Shown piece by piece: positions 19,489 to 28,084 of a stretch of 64,000 bases of DNA. The stretch lies in the IMG/VR virus record IMGVR_UViG_3300023296_001674, one strand, 5' to 3'. Within the stretch, counting starts at the first letter, position 1, and each line of letters starts with the position of its first letter. Below the pieces are notes generated by a model. It saw nothing but the letters and a program-made list of their open reading frames with translations, did not search any database and was not told the DNA's origin. A program made the translations under genes and the position numbers. This DNA comes from a virus.

Positions 19489-20679
19489 ATGAGTAAACTA
19501 TTTGAATCAAACTGGGATACCACAAGATCAGCACTTTGTGAAGGTTTGGAAGGAACTAAAAAACAAGTTATGGAAACAGTTCTTAACAACACCCGCGCAG
19601 AGTTAAAGCTTATGGAATCCGCAACAGCAGGTGCAACATCCGCTGGTAACGTAGCAACCTTGAACAAGGTTATCCTACCAGTTATCCGCCGTGTTATGCC
19701 AACTGTTATCGCTAACGAAATCATCGGCGTACAGCCAATGACCGGACCTGTTGGTCAAATTCACACATTGCGTGTGCGTTATGCTGACACATTTGGTACT
19801 GGAGCAGGTGCGCCTGTTACTGCTGGTACTGAAGCATTAGGCCCATTCGAAATTGCACGTTTCTATGCTGGTAACGGCGACGGAAACAACCCACGTGCTG
19901 CTTCTACAGCAGTATTGGAAGGTGTACCTGGTAATCGCTTGAACATCCAAGTATTGAAAGAAACCGTTGAGTCAAAGACACGTAGATTGTCTGCTCGTTG
20001 GACTTTCGAAGCTGCACAAGATGCACAAGCACAGCAAGGTATTGATATCGAAGCTGAAATTATGGCTGCGTTGGCTCAAGAAATCACTGCTGAAATCGAT
20101 CAGGAAATCTTGGTTTCCCTTCGTGCTCTTCCGGGTGCTCCAACAGCCATCTTCGATCAAGGTAACGTAAGTGGTACAGCTACTTATGTTGGTGATGAGC
20201 ATGCTGCACTTGCAGTTTTGATCAACCGCCAAAGTAACTTGATTGCTTCCAGAACACGTCGTGGTGCTGGTAACTGGTGTGTTATATCACCAACTGCTTT
20301 AACTGTTCTTCAAAGTGCTACAACGTCCGCGTTCGCACGTACTACTGAAGGTACATTCGAAGCTCCAACAAACACAAAGTTCGTTGGAACATTGAACAAC
20401 TCCATGAGAGTTTATGTTGATCAATATGCTGGTGATTCTACTCCAGTTCTTATTGGTTATAAAGGTCAAGGCGAAATTGATGCGGCTGCTTATTACTGCC
20501 CATACGTTCCGTTGACATCTTCAGGCGTTATAATTGATCCACAGACTTTCGAGCCTGTAGTTTCTTTCATGACGAGGTACGGATACATCGAGTTGACGAA
20601 CACGGCCAGTTCCCTTGGAAATGCTGCTGATTATGTTGGTTTGGTTGGTATCAATACAGCGAACTTGAAGTTCCTTTAA
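19489..20679 (+). CDS. Major capsid protein, T4 gp23-like
   Basis: IIGVQPMTGPVGQI, RRLSARWTFEAAQD, EITAEIDQEI, YCPYVPL, FMTRYG. Confidence 0.97.
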   Translation: MSKLFESNWDTTRSALCEGLEGTKKQVMETVLNNTRAELKLMESATAGATSAGNVATLNKVILPVIRRVMPTVIANEIIGVQPMTGPVGQIHTLRVRYADTFGTGAGAPVTAGTEALGPFEIARFYAGNGDGNNPRAASTAVLEGVPGNRLNIQVLKETVESKTRRLSARWTFEAAQDAQAQQGIDIEAEIMAALAQEITAEIDQEILVSLRALPGAPTAIFDQGNVSGTATYVGDEHAALAVLINRQSNLIASRTRRGAGNWCVISPTALTVLQSATTSAFARTTEGTFEAPTNTKFVGTLNNSMRVYVDQYAGDSTPVLIGYKGQGEIDAAAYYCPYVPLTSSGVIIDPQTFEPVVSFMTRYGYIELTNTASSLGNAADYVGLVGINTANLKFL

Positions 20680-20716
20680 GCCTTGTGCTTATAGGCTTTT
20701 CATTAAGCAAAAATTC

Positions 20717-20745
20717 AGGCAGGAACTTCGGTTCCTGCCTTTTTT
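20717..20745 (+). terminator. Rho-independent terminator after MCP
   Basis: aggcaggaac-TTCG-gttcctgcct-ttttt. Confidence 0.92.
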
Positions 20746-20783
20746 GTTGACTTTATTCATGTGTATATGATATAAATACTACT

Positions 20784-21572
20784 ATGAATAATAAATTTTA
20801 TGTATACATATATTATGACCCAAGAAATAATCAACCGTTTTATGTTGGTAAAGGAACTGGTGCGCGTTTATATGACCATCTAAAAGAATCTATAGAACGA
20901 ACAGCAAATAAACGCAAGCATTATAAAATACAATCTATCCGACGTGATGGGTTAGAGCCAGTAGTTGAAAAATATAAAGATAATCTTACTGAAAATGAAG
21001 CATATGATTTAGAAGATGAACTCATAATAAAATGGGGTAGAAAGGATTTTGATAAAAACGGCATTTTGTTTAATATAGCAGAAGCAGGCATTAGAGTTCC
21101 GGTGTATCGCGGCAAGGATCATTATAACTGGGGTAAAACTGGTGCCATGCTAGGAAAAAAATTAACACCGGAACAAAAAGAGCGCCAACGAATAGCACAA
21201 ACAGGCAGAACGCGAGAACCATTTAGTGATGAATGGTTAAAAAATATGGGTAAGAAAAAGAAAGGTGATAAAAATCCAATGTATGGTAAAAAACATTCAC
21301 TTGAAACTTTGGAAAAGATACGCATCAAAGCACAAGATAGAATTCATAGTCCAGAATCAAATGAAAAACGTTCTGAAACATTGAAAAAAACCGCCGCGAA
21401 AAAATACCAACGTATCATTCCTGAAATACTTACTATCCAGCAGGATGGTATAATCACATATCGAGGTATTGCACGCGAACTTAATAATCGTGGATTTAAG
21501 ACTGATCGTGGTTCTATATTCCGTGATGATATAGTGAAACGTATTTTGACTACAATGAACACCACAACATAA
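20784..21572 (+). CDS. GIY-YIG homing endonuclease with NUMOD3 and C-terminal recombinase-type HTH
   Basis: FYVYIYYDPRNNQPFYVGKG; KGDKNPMYGKKHS; YRGIARELNNRGFKTDRG. Confidence 0.85.
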   Translation: MNNKFYVYIYYDPRNNQPFYVGKGTGARLYDHLKESIERTANKRKHYKIQSIRRDGLEPVVEKYKDNLTENEAYDLEDELIIKWGRKDFDKNGILFNIAEAGIRVPVYRGKDHYNWGKTGAMLGKKLTPEQKERQRIAQTGRTREPFSDEWLKNMGKKKKGDKNPMYGKKHSLETLEKIRIKAQDRIHSPESNEKRSETLKKTAAKKYQRIIPEILTIQQDGIITYRGIARELNNRGFKTDRGSIFRDDIVKRILTTMNTTT

Positions 21573-21631
21573 TATAGACTCCCCGCCCACCCCTATGCTA
21601 TGCTACTGTTAAACATTATAGAGGCATCATT

Positions 21632-21709
21632 ATGAACACACTAGCAACATGGCACTGGCACATAGAAATTAGTTCTAAGTGTACACATAATACGGCACAA
21701 GAATGGTGA
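21632..21709 (+). pseudogene. 5' remnant of a radical SAM gene
   Basis: MNTLATWHWHIEISSKCTHNTAQEW*: IEISSKC fits the lead-in to a CxxxCxxC motif, broken after the first Cys; GAGG SD upstream. Confidence 0.45.
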
Positions 21710-21720
21710 TTTAAGTGTAT

Positions 21721-21972
21721 ATGCAAGTAAATTCAACTGAATATATGTTCACTTGTCATGAAGTAGCGTTGCCTACTAAATTGATTCAAGCCTATCATGT
21801 CGTTTCAGGTATGCCACATACTGCATATGTATTTGACGATCAGGCACCGATTCAATGGTTGATTGATAATGATATAGATTATAAGAATGAAAAAACAGAT
21901 CAATACACACGAAGGATATTAGTAATAAAATCGATAGAGAATTCAATGGCATTCAAGTTGAGGTGGATATGA
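21721..21972 (+). CDS. Array paralog 1 (WxxxN...MAFKLRW family)
   Basis: QWLIDND...ENSMAFKLRWI*; ATGA overlap with next gene. Confidence 0.75.
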   Translation: MQVNSTEYMFTCHEVALPTKLIQAYHVVSGMPHTAYVFDDQAPIQWLIDNDIDYKNEKTDQYTRRILVIKSIENSMAFKLRWI

Positions 21973-22214
21973 TATTAAAACAATTGCCACCAAATGATAG
22001 GCAAATATATTTCCATATGTTTGATGTAACATTAGAAAGTGGTGAATATAAAAGTCATATTACTAAATGGTTGAAGGAAAATATAGGTAGATATAAATTT
22101 ATGGAACGAGATAGAAAATGGATTGTTAATAATTATCGTGGTAAACATAATAGATTTTTCTATGGGTTTAGGTATAGCGAAGATGCGATGGCTTTTAAAT
22201 TGATGTGGATATGA
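21969..22214 (+). CDS. Array paralog 2
   Basis: KWLKENI...FRYSEDAMAFKLMWI*; ATGA overlaps at both ends. Confidence 0.75.
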   Translation: MILKQLPPNDRQIYFHMFDVTLESGEYKSHITKWLKENIGRYKFMERDRKWIVNNYRGKHNRFFYGFRYSEDAMAFKLMWI

Positions 22215-22504
22215 TTATATTTGATCAACGGTATCATGTTAGTGAGTTTTTATCTGTATATCAAAAATGGATAAAGGTGGGAGTGAGTAGAAGTCTTGCT
22301 ACAGGTATGTCAGATGAACATGATGTAACGTATTGTCGTGATGCTGATATTATATATGAAAAACTTGCAGAAAATATGATTGAAATATCTTTATGGATAT
22401 ATGAAAATATAAACTCTGAATATATTGCATTTAGTATGTATGAACATGCATTTTTTATAAAAAACGAATGTGATGCGATGGCGTTTAAATTGAGGTGGAT
22501 GTAA
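22211..22504 (+). CDS. Array paralog 3
   Basis: LWIYENI...ECDAMAFKLRWM*. Confidence 0.75.
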   Translation: MIIFDQRYHVSEFLSVYQKWIKVGVSRSLATGMSDEHDVTYCRDADIIYEKLAENMIEISLWIYENINSEYIAFSMYEHAFFIKNECDAMAFKLRWM

Positions 22505-22507
22505 ATT

Positions 22508-22729
22508 ATGAAATGTGAAAAGTGTTCAAAGGAAATAATAAACAAATGGAAAGTATACCCCGAAGAACCCGGTTATTCTATCATATCAAAGGATGGAAAA
22601 GATGGTCATCCTATGGGATTCAAACGATTTAAAACAAAATGGGCTTATTTAATTTGCTTCAGTGAAAATCATTTCTCTGAAAAATGGCAAAGAAAGATTC
22701 ATAAATGGTGGAGTTCGCAAAATGGTTAG
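22508..22729 (+). CDS. Small hypothetical protein within the array (non-family, CxxC)
   Basis: MKCEKC...; uses GAGGTGG of the preceding junction as SD. Confidence 0.6.
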   Translation: MKCEKCSKEIINKWKVYPEEPGYSIISKDGKDGHPMGFKRFKTKWAYLICFSENHFSEKWQRKIHKWWSSQNG

Positions 22730-23132
22730 ATGTATAAATTTTCCAAGTAGATACGATGAAGAATTGTATAATTTAACCAAACATGTTAATGATTATCAAG
22801 AAGAGGTAGATAAAATAGCACGACGAAGAGAAATGGCGAAACATTCTTCATATAACAGCGAAGAATTTGTAAAAAATCTAACAGAAGATGAACCGACAGC
22901 GATAACGTCATTAAGAAAAGCAAATATTAATCTTACATATTTTAATACATTCACTCGCGATGATTGGAAATTTAATTCTAAAATAATAAAAGGCAATAAT
23001 ACATTAATAAGAAAATGGTGTTTATCAGAATTAAAATATAAACCATATTCAAAATTGGCAGTTGGAGGAACATTGTATATATTTCGTGATGATACGGATG
23101 CAATGGCGGCATATTTAAGGTGGTCTACGTGA
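22722..23132 (+). CDS. Array paralog 4
   Basis: Start 22722 (GGTGGAG upstream); KWCLSEL...FRDDTDAMAAYLRWST*. Confidence 0.7.
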   Translation: MVRCINFPSRYDEELYNLTKHVNDYQEEVDKIARRREMAKHSSYNSEEFVKNLTEDEPTAITSLRKANINLTYFNTFTRDDWKFNSKIIKGNNTLIRKWCLSELKYKPYSKLAVGGTLYIFRDDTDAMAAYLRWST

Positions 23133-23404
23133 TTTATATTGACCTACCGTGGAATCTATATAATCATAATGAAACGATGCAAAGATTTTTTGATAATATA
23201 GATGATGATAACTTGTTTGATTTAAAATATTTAAAACCCAATGAAGATATGGTATCATGGTTGAACGAAAATGATATATCATATGAATTTGTTACCTCAA
23301 AACCAGTTAAAACAATGTGCGGCAAAGATGGTTTGTTGCATGATTATTTTATAAAACTCGACATTAAAGAGGACGCTATGGGGTTTATATTACGATGGAT
23401 ATAA
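23129..23404 (+). CDS. Array paralog 5
   Basis: GTGA overlap; SWLNEND...KEDAMGFILRWI*. Confidence 0.7.
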   Translation: MIYIDLPWNLYNHNETMQRFFDNIDDDNLFDLKYLKPNEDMVSWLNENDISYEFVTSKPVKTMCGKDGLLHDYFIKLDIKEDAMGFILRWI

Positions 23405-23637
23405 TGACTTATGTATTTGAAAATGATGAACATTTTGTAGAAATCGAGCCAAGTCTTGCGTTATTACCAAATGGTGAAAAAATAGTTTACAGTGGACTTG
23501 TGATACATAATGATGTAATTAAGTGGTGTGACGATAATTTTAATAACTGGAAATATTCATGGGATTCATATGATGCACCTAAAATACAATTTGAATGCAA
23601 GGAGGACGCTATGGGGTTTATACTACGATGGGTATGA
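23404..23637 (+). CDS. Array paralog 6
   Basis: TAATG overlap; KWCDDNF...FECKEDAMGFILRWV*. Confidence 0.75.
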   Translation: MTYVFENDEHFVEIEPSLALLPNGEKIVYSGLVIHNDVIKWCDDNFNNWKYSWDSYDAPKIQFECKEDAMGFILRWV

Positions 23638-23819
23638 AAAAAACAAAACGATCTGATATCAGACTTGTTTGTTCTATGAGAATTGATGATGAAAAATTGG
23701 ATTGGTTCAAAGATAATGATATACATAAATATTATTTGTTTAATAATGTAAACAGTGGTGCACATATATCGTTTAAATATGCAGAGGACGCGATGGCGTT
23801 TAAGTTGATGTGGTTATGA
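23634..23819 (+). CDS. Array paralog 7
   Basis: ATGA overlap; DWFKDND...FKYAEDAMAFKLMWL*. Confidence 0.75.
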   Translation: MKKTKRSDIRLVCSMRIDDEKLDWFKDNDIHKYYLFNNVNSGAHISFKYAEDAMAFKLMWL

Positions 23820-24043
23820 TTCAACTTGACGAACATGACCATTTTAATATAGAATACGAAGATTATAAGAACAATATGTATTTTGTTATGTTAAATGATG
23901 AAATAGAAGTATGGATTCGTGAAAATCTAAATAGTGATTATGATTTAGATTGTGAAGATTATTATTATTATAAAGATTCATCAATATATATCACATTTGC
24001 CAACGATGAAGATTCTGTCGCATTTATATTGAGGTGGATATGA
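23816..24043 (+). CDS. Array paralog 8
   Basis: ATGA overlap; VWIRENL...FANDEDSVAFILRWI*. Confidence 0.75.
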   Translation: MIQLDEHDHFNIEYEDYKNNMYFVMLNDEIEVWIRENLNSDYDLDCEDYYYYKDSSIYITFANDEDSVAFILRWI

Positions 24044-24336
24044 AACTAGTAAAATGTAGAAAGTATAAAAAAGGATCAACCGTTCCGTTAGAATACTTCA
24101 AATATGAATTACGTTTCGATAAAGAAACGGTTAATTTAATATGCAATAAACATAAAAATCCGATAGATGGTCTTACTGATTGGTGTGATGAAAATTATGG
24201 CCCTATGGTACCAAAAGATGGCGTTAAAGGATGGAATTGGGCGATGTGGGCTACACCACATTATAAAAATGTAGAGGCTATAGTATTTTTGCATTTAGTT
24301 GAGGACGCGATGGCTTTTAAATTACGATGGACATAA
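24040..24336 (+). CDS. Array paralog 9
   Basis: ATGA overlap; DWCDENYG...VEDAMAFKLRWT*. Confidence 0.75.
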   Translation: MKLVKCRKYKKGSTVPLEYFKYELRFDKETVNLICNKHKNPIDGLTDWCDENYGPMVPKDGVKGWNWAMWATPHYKNVEAIVFLHLVEDAMAFKLRWT

Positions 24337-24505
24337 ATAAAAAACCAAAACTTACAACTTTGTATTCATTGAGTTTATTGAGTAGTATAGAAATAGTATA
24401 TCCAAAAATTGAAGTGTTTATGGATTATAAAGCTAACGTAATATTAATTATTGACAACGTAGATGATATAACGCTTGGGCATCATGGGATGGATAAAAAT
24501 TTGAA

Positions 24506-24706
24506 ATGAATTATATAACGCGACAATCATCGGGGTGGTTTGCAATAACTAGTTATTGGTATCGAACAGATATTTATACATTATCACAACAACAACGAAA
24601 ATGGATTGAATGCAATATTCGTGGTAGATGGACGGAAAACGCGTTTGGATGTGTAATGTTTGAACACGAAGATGATTACATATTATATATGTTTGCTGGA
24701 TCATGA
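24506..24706 (+). CDS. Divergent array paralog
   Basis: KWIECNIRGRW...MFEHEDDYILYM; degenerate form of the family motif. Confidence 0.55.
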   Translation: MNYITRQSSGWFAITSYWYRTDIYTLSQQQRKWIECNIRGRWTENAFGCVMFEHEDDYILYMFAGS

Positions 24707-25050
24707 AAAAACTTAAACATATATTATCATGGGATATTTCAGATGATATCAAATCTAAATACAATGAAGATGTAGATATTCCATATGAGCATGATAAATT
24801 TACAGTAGAGTTTTATTTATGTGAAGACCTCTGTGATGATGAATGGGAATCATATCGAGTTAAATTTGTAGAACTTGATGATTATTATGATTTACGAATA
24901 GCAGTATATGCTATGGATATAAGCCGTGAAATAGAAAAACGTGATGGTGGCACAATTGTAGAGTTTATATACCATGTGTTGATGGATTTAATAAATGAAG
25001 AGGATAAAGAGATAGCCATGCGGGACTTTTTAGATGAAATAAGTGATTAA
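24703..25050 (+). CDS. Acidic hypothetical protein
   Basis: 115-aa ORF with ATGA overlap. Confidence 0.6.
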   Translation: MKKLKHILSWDISDDIKSKYNEDVDIPYEHDKFTVEFYLCEDLCDDEWESYRVKFVELDDYYDLRIAVYAMDISREIEKRDGGTIVEFIYHVLMDLINEEDKEIAMRDFLDEISD

Positions 25051-25052
25051 AT

Positions 25053-25280
25053 ATGTCAAAATATCTACGAAAACAAAAAAGAAAAACTAAATTATGTTTA
25101 AAGAAAACATATACATTAGAACGAACGTTATCTAAAGAAGCGCGAGAAGAAATAGAAGAATGGTGTGAAGAAAATCTCACAGGGAGTTGTATGTGGTTAA
25201 GAACTGGATGGAATGATTCAAATACTATGGGATTTCAAGATTTATATGATAAAATGGCATTTATTTTGCGTTGGGCGTGA
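25053..25280 (+). CDS. Array paralog 10
   Basis: EWCEENL...FQDLYDKMAFILRWA*. Confidence 0.7.
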   Translation: MSKYLRKQKRKTKLCLKKTYTLERTLSKEAREEIEEWCEENLTGSCMWLRTGWNDSNTMGFQDLYDKMAFILRWA

Positions 25281-25344
25281 AATATATTGACCTACCAGTA
25301 TGAAATAATATATTATAATACAATATTAATATGGAGTATATTAA

Positions 25345-25869
25345 ATGAGTGACAATACTTTTGCTGACATGACGTTGTCGGAGCAAATACAGGTAGTTAA
25401 TGATAGATTTATGGGTAATCACCCTGATAGAATAACACAACCAAGTGAATTATTTAATGTTTTGGGTGAAACTGTTTATATAGTTCTTTCGCCATTCGGT
25501 AAAGACCAAGATATAGGCAATGGTTATATTTTTGATATGAGTATTGATGAAATACGATCAAAAGATGGTGAAATATTGAATAATTATGACGTATTATCAA
25601 TAGATAGTTTAGAAAATCCCGTATGTATATGCAATGATGATGAATTTAAAGCATTATGTTTGCGAGATTTGAACATTATACCAAATATATATAATAATCA
25701 TGCTGCATTTACAACAAGAGATGGCGCTGAAGCATACGCCATGTTTAGAAAAATTCAATGGTTAGAAGAACAATCGTTAATAGATATGTCAAATGAATTT
25801 GATTTTTGGATGACGGACGAACAATATAATTCAGATAAGAAAATAATCGATAAAAATAAGGAAAAATAA
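25345..25869 (+). CDS. Hypothetical protein
   Basis: 174-aa ORF, GGAG SD, TTGACC-18-TATTAT promoter at 25287. Confidence 0.7.
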   Translation: MSDNTFADMTLSEQIQVVNDRFMGNHPDRITQPSELFNVLGETVYIVLSPFGKDQDIGNGYIFDMSIDEIRSKDGEILNNYDVLSIDSLENPVCICNDDEFKALCLRDLNIIPNIYNNHAAFTTRDGAEAYAMFRKIQWLEEQSLIDMSNEFDFWMTDEQYNSDKKIIDKNKEK

Positions 25870-25870
25870 T

Positions 25871-26551
25871 ATGTTAGTAGGTGTTGTTGGTTTTATTGGC
25901 TCCGGTAAGGGTGCTATAGGCGATTTATTAGTTAAAAATAATGGTTTCACGACAGATAGTTTTGCAAAATCAGTTAAAGATGTTGCTTCGGTGATATTTG
26001 GATGGGATCGCGAGATGCTTGAAGGAAAAACAGATGAATCAAGGCATTTTAGAGAACAGCCAGATAGATATTGGTCTAAGAAACTTGATATTAAGAATTT
26101 TACACCACGACAAGCACTGCAAATGGTTGGAACTGAAGCAGGGCGTAACATATTTGGTGAAGTAATATGGACTGCTGGTGTTGAAAGACGTTGGTTGGAC
26201 GCAAAAAAACCTAATACTGTTATCACTGATTGTAGATTTCCTAATGAAATAGATATGATACGCAAATTGGGTGGGCGCGTACTGCGCATTACACGCGGGG
26301 CAGACCCTGAATGGTATCAACAGATGCTATTTTTTAATAAAGGCATGTGTGATGAAGAAGACTTGCGCATGATACGCCAACGACGTGCTACAAAATCTAT
26401 ACCACATGAAAGCGAAACCGCATGGATTGGGTGTAATTTTGATGAAAATATATCAAATGATGGCACACTTAAAGATTTAGAAAAAACAATGGTTGAAATT
26501 TCTGATAAATTGCTTGAAGCTTCTGAAATCCAACTTGGATTAGATTTGTGA
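25871..26551 (+). CDS. Deoxynucleoside monophosphate kinase, T4 gp1-like
   Basis: GVVGFIGSGKG, FAKSVKD, TPRQALQMVGTE, VITDCRFPNE, HESE. Confidence 0.92.
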   Translation: MLVGVVGFIGSGKGAIGDLLVKNNGFTTDSFAKSVKDVASVIFGWDREMLEGKTDESRHFREQPDRYWSKKLDIKNFTPRQALQMVGTEAGRNIFGEVIWTAGVERRWLDAKKPNTVITDCRFPNEIDMIRKLGGRVLRITRGADPEWYQQMLFFNKGMCDEEDLRMIRQRRATKSIPHESETAWIGCNFDENISNDGTLKDLEKTMVEISDKLLEASEIQLGLDL

Positions 26552-27249
26552 CATCAATAACTCCATCAGATATACCATTTATTGGTAAAATAGCAGATGA
26601 TGTGTGCCTTAGTGGTGGGGCAGCAGGGGCTGATGTTGCGTGGGGTAATGCTGCCCTATCTGTTGGTCATCAGGTGGTTCATTGGTCGTTTAAAGGGCAT
26701 AAATCGCATGATAATGATAACACATATATTCTAAATGATGAAGATTTATCAAAATCTGACGAATATCTCGTAGAAGCTAATGCGACACTTAAAAGAAAAC
26801 TAAGTTTTAATAAGCCATATATCGTTAACCTTCTAAAACGGAGTTGGTATCAAGTTAAATATGCCGATTCGGTATATGTAGTTGGTTCGTTAAATGAAAA
26901 AGCAATCAAGTATGACCCAAACCAAGGATTTGATCGAAAATATCATTTGATAAATGATAGAAAGGATAGATTAGGAGTCAACGGTGGAACCGCATGGGCA
27001 ATGCAATTTTATTTAGATATGTATCGAAGGATGAATGGTGATATGGATTTTAATATGATATTATATGATCAACTTGAACGTGAATTATATAGTTATTCAC
27101 CGAAATATGGATGTTGGTTTACAATGGAGGAAAATATGGCATTTTCCAATAAAAAAGTAGGTAAACCAAATGGTATTTATGCAGCGATTGGCTCAAGAGA
27201 TTTAAATCAATCTGGAGAAACATATATCGAAGGCATATATAAAAAATAA
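26548..27249 (+). CDS. SLOG/DprA-like Rossmannoid nucleotide-binding protein
   Basis: LSGGAAGAD, GGTAWA and AAIGSR motifs. Confidence 0.6.
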   Translation: MTSITPSDIPFIGKIADDVCLSGGAAGADVAWGNAALSVGHQVVHWSFKGHKSHDNDNTYILNDEDLSKSDEYLVEANATLKRKLSFNKPYIVNLLKRSWYQVKYADSVYVVGSLNEKAIKYDPNQGFDRKYHLINDRKDRLGVNGGTAWAMQFYLDMYRRMNGDMDFNMILYDQLERELYSYSPKYGCWFTMEENMAFSNKKVGKPNGIYAAIGSRDLNQSGETYIEGIYKK

Positions 27250-27274
27250 AAAGATAAAAATATATGGTATATTA

Positions 27275-27304
27275 GGCGGTTAGTTGATTCTAACCGCCAT
27301 TTTT
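27275..27304 (+). terminator. Intrinsic terminator
   Basis: ggcggttag-ttgatt-ctaaccgcc-attttt. Confidence 0.75.
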
Positions 27305-27344
27305 ATATAAATACAATAGGTAATGTATATCTGGAGTCATTTAT

Positions 27345-28082
27345 ATGAGTGAAATTCGCAAAAATTTAGCTGATCGTATTATTTCACGTCTTGCGGGGCG
27401 AATAATCGACGTTGAGTTAGGTCCAGAAGATTTGGAAGAATGCATTCTAACAACTTTGGATAAATATAAGCAACGAAGTTCAAATTCCGTTGATGAAGGT
27501 TATTTTTTCCTTGAATTACAGGAAGATAAAACAGAATATTACTTACCAAAAGAAATAGTTGAAGTTCGCGAGATATTTAGACGCGGAATAGGCAGGACAC
27601 AAGGTGGTGTCACATTTGATCCATTTGGTGCTTCAGCAACCAACTTTTATTTACTTGAAGCTGGACGTCAAGGTGGCTTGGCTACTTATAGACTGTTTAC
27701 AGAATATCAAGAATTGATTGGAACGATGTTTGGCGAGCACGTTATGTTTACATGGCAACCAAGCAATCATAGATTAGAAATTGTAAGAAATATACGTGGA
27801 CCAGAATCGGTATTACTGTGGTGTTATTATAATAGAAACGATGATTCAATCATTGATGATATATATGCCAAGCCTTGGGTCGTAGATTACGCGGTTGCGC
27901 GTGCAAAAGTTATGTTAGGTGAAGGTCGTGGTAAATTTTCACAGATTATCGGTCCTCAAGGTGGAACAACCTTGAATGGTGATCAAATAAAAAACGAAGG
28001 TATATCAGATATAGATCGTTTAGAAACAGAAATATTAGAATTAGGTTCGGGTGAAATGCCACTTTCATTCATTATAGGGTAA
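27345..28082 (+). CDS. Neck protein, T4 gp13-like
   Basis: IDVELGPEDL, WVVDYAVARAKVMLGEGRGKF...GPQGGTTLNG; late promoter at 27306. Confidence 0.85.
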   Translation: MSEIRKNLADRIISRLAGRIIDVELGPEDLEECILTTLDKYKQRSSNSVDEGYFFLELQEDKTEYYLPKEIVEVREIFRRGIGRTQGGVTFDPFGASATNFYLLEAGRQGGLATYRLFTEYQELIGTMFGEHVMFTWQPSNHRLEIVRNIRGPESVLLWCYYNRNDDSIIDDIYAKPWVVDYAVARAKVMLGEGRGKFSQIIGPQGGTTLNGDQIKNEGISDIDRLETEILELGSGEMPLSFIIG

Positions 28083-28084
28083 TC

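Larger units (their letters stand above)
21937..25280 (+). repeat. Ten dispersed ~36-bp 3'-junction repeats, consensus GARGAYGCGATGGCNTTTAWATTRMGRTGGRTATRA
   Basis: Copies ending at 21972, 22214, 22504, 23132, 23404, 23637, 23819, 24043, 24336, 25280. Confidence 0.85.

Noticed and set aside
21580-21593. G-quadruplex on the minus strand (GGGGTGGGCGGGG)
   Set aside because: Only three G-runs; fits a promoter spacer better
24327-24509. 60-aa ORF after junction 9
   Set aside because: Start is the ATG inside the junction; no family motif; likely spacer or decayed unit
21937-25280. Junction repeats as CRISPR array, DGR or classical integron attC sites
   Set aside because: Intervals are ~150-900 bp open reading frames; repeats are degenerate and non-palindromic; no cas, reverse transcriptase, adenine-specific variation or tyrosine integrase in the window
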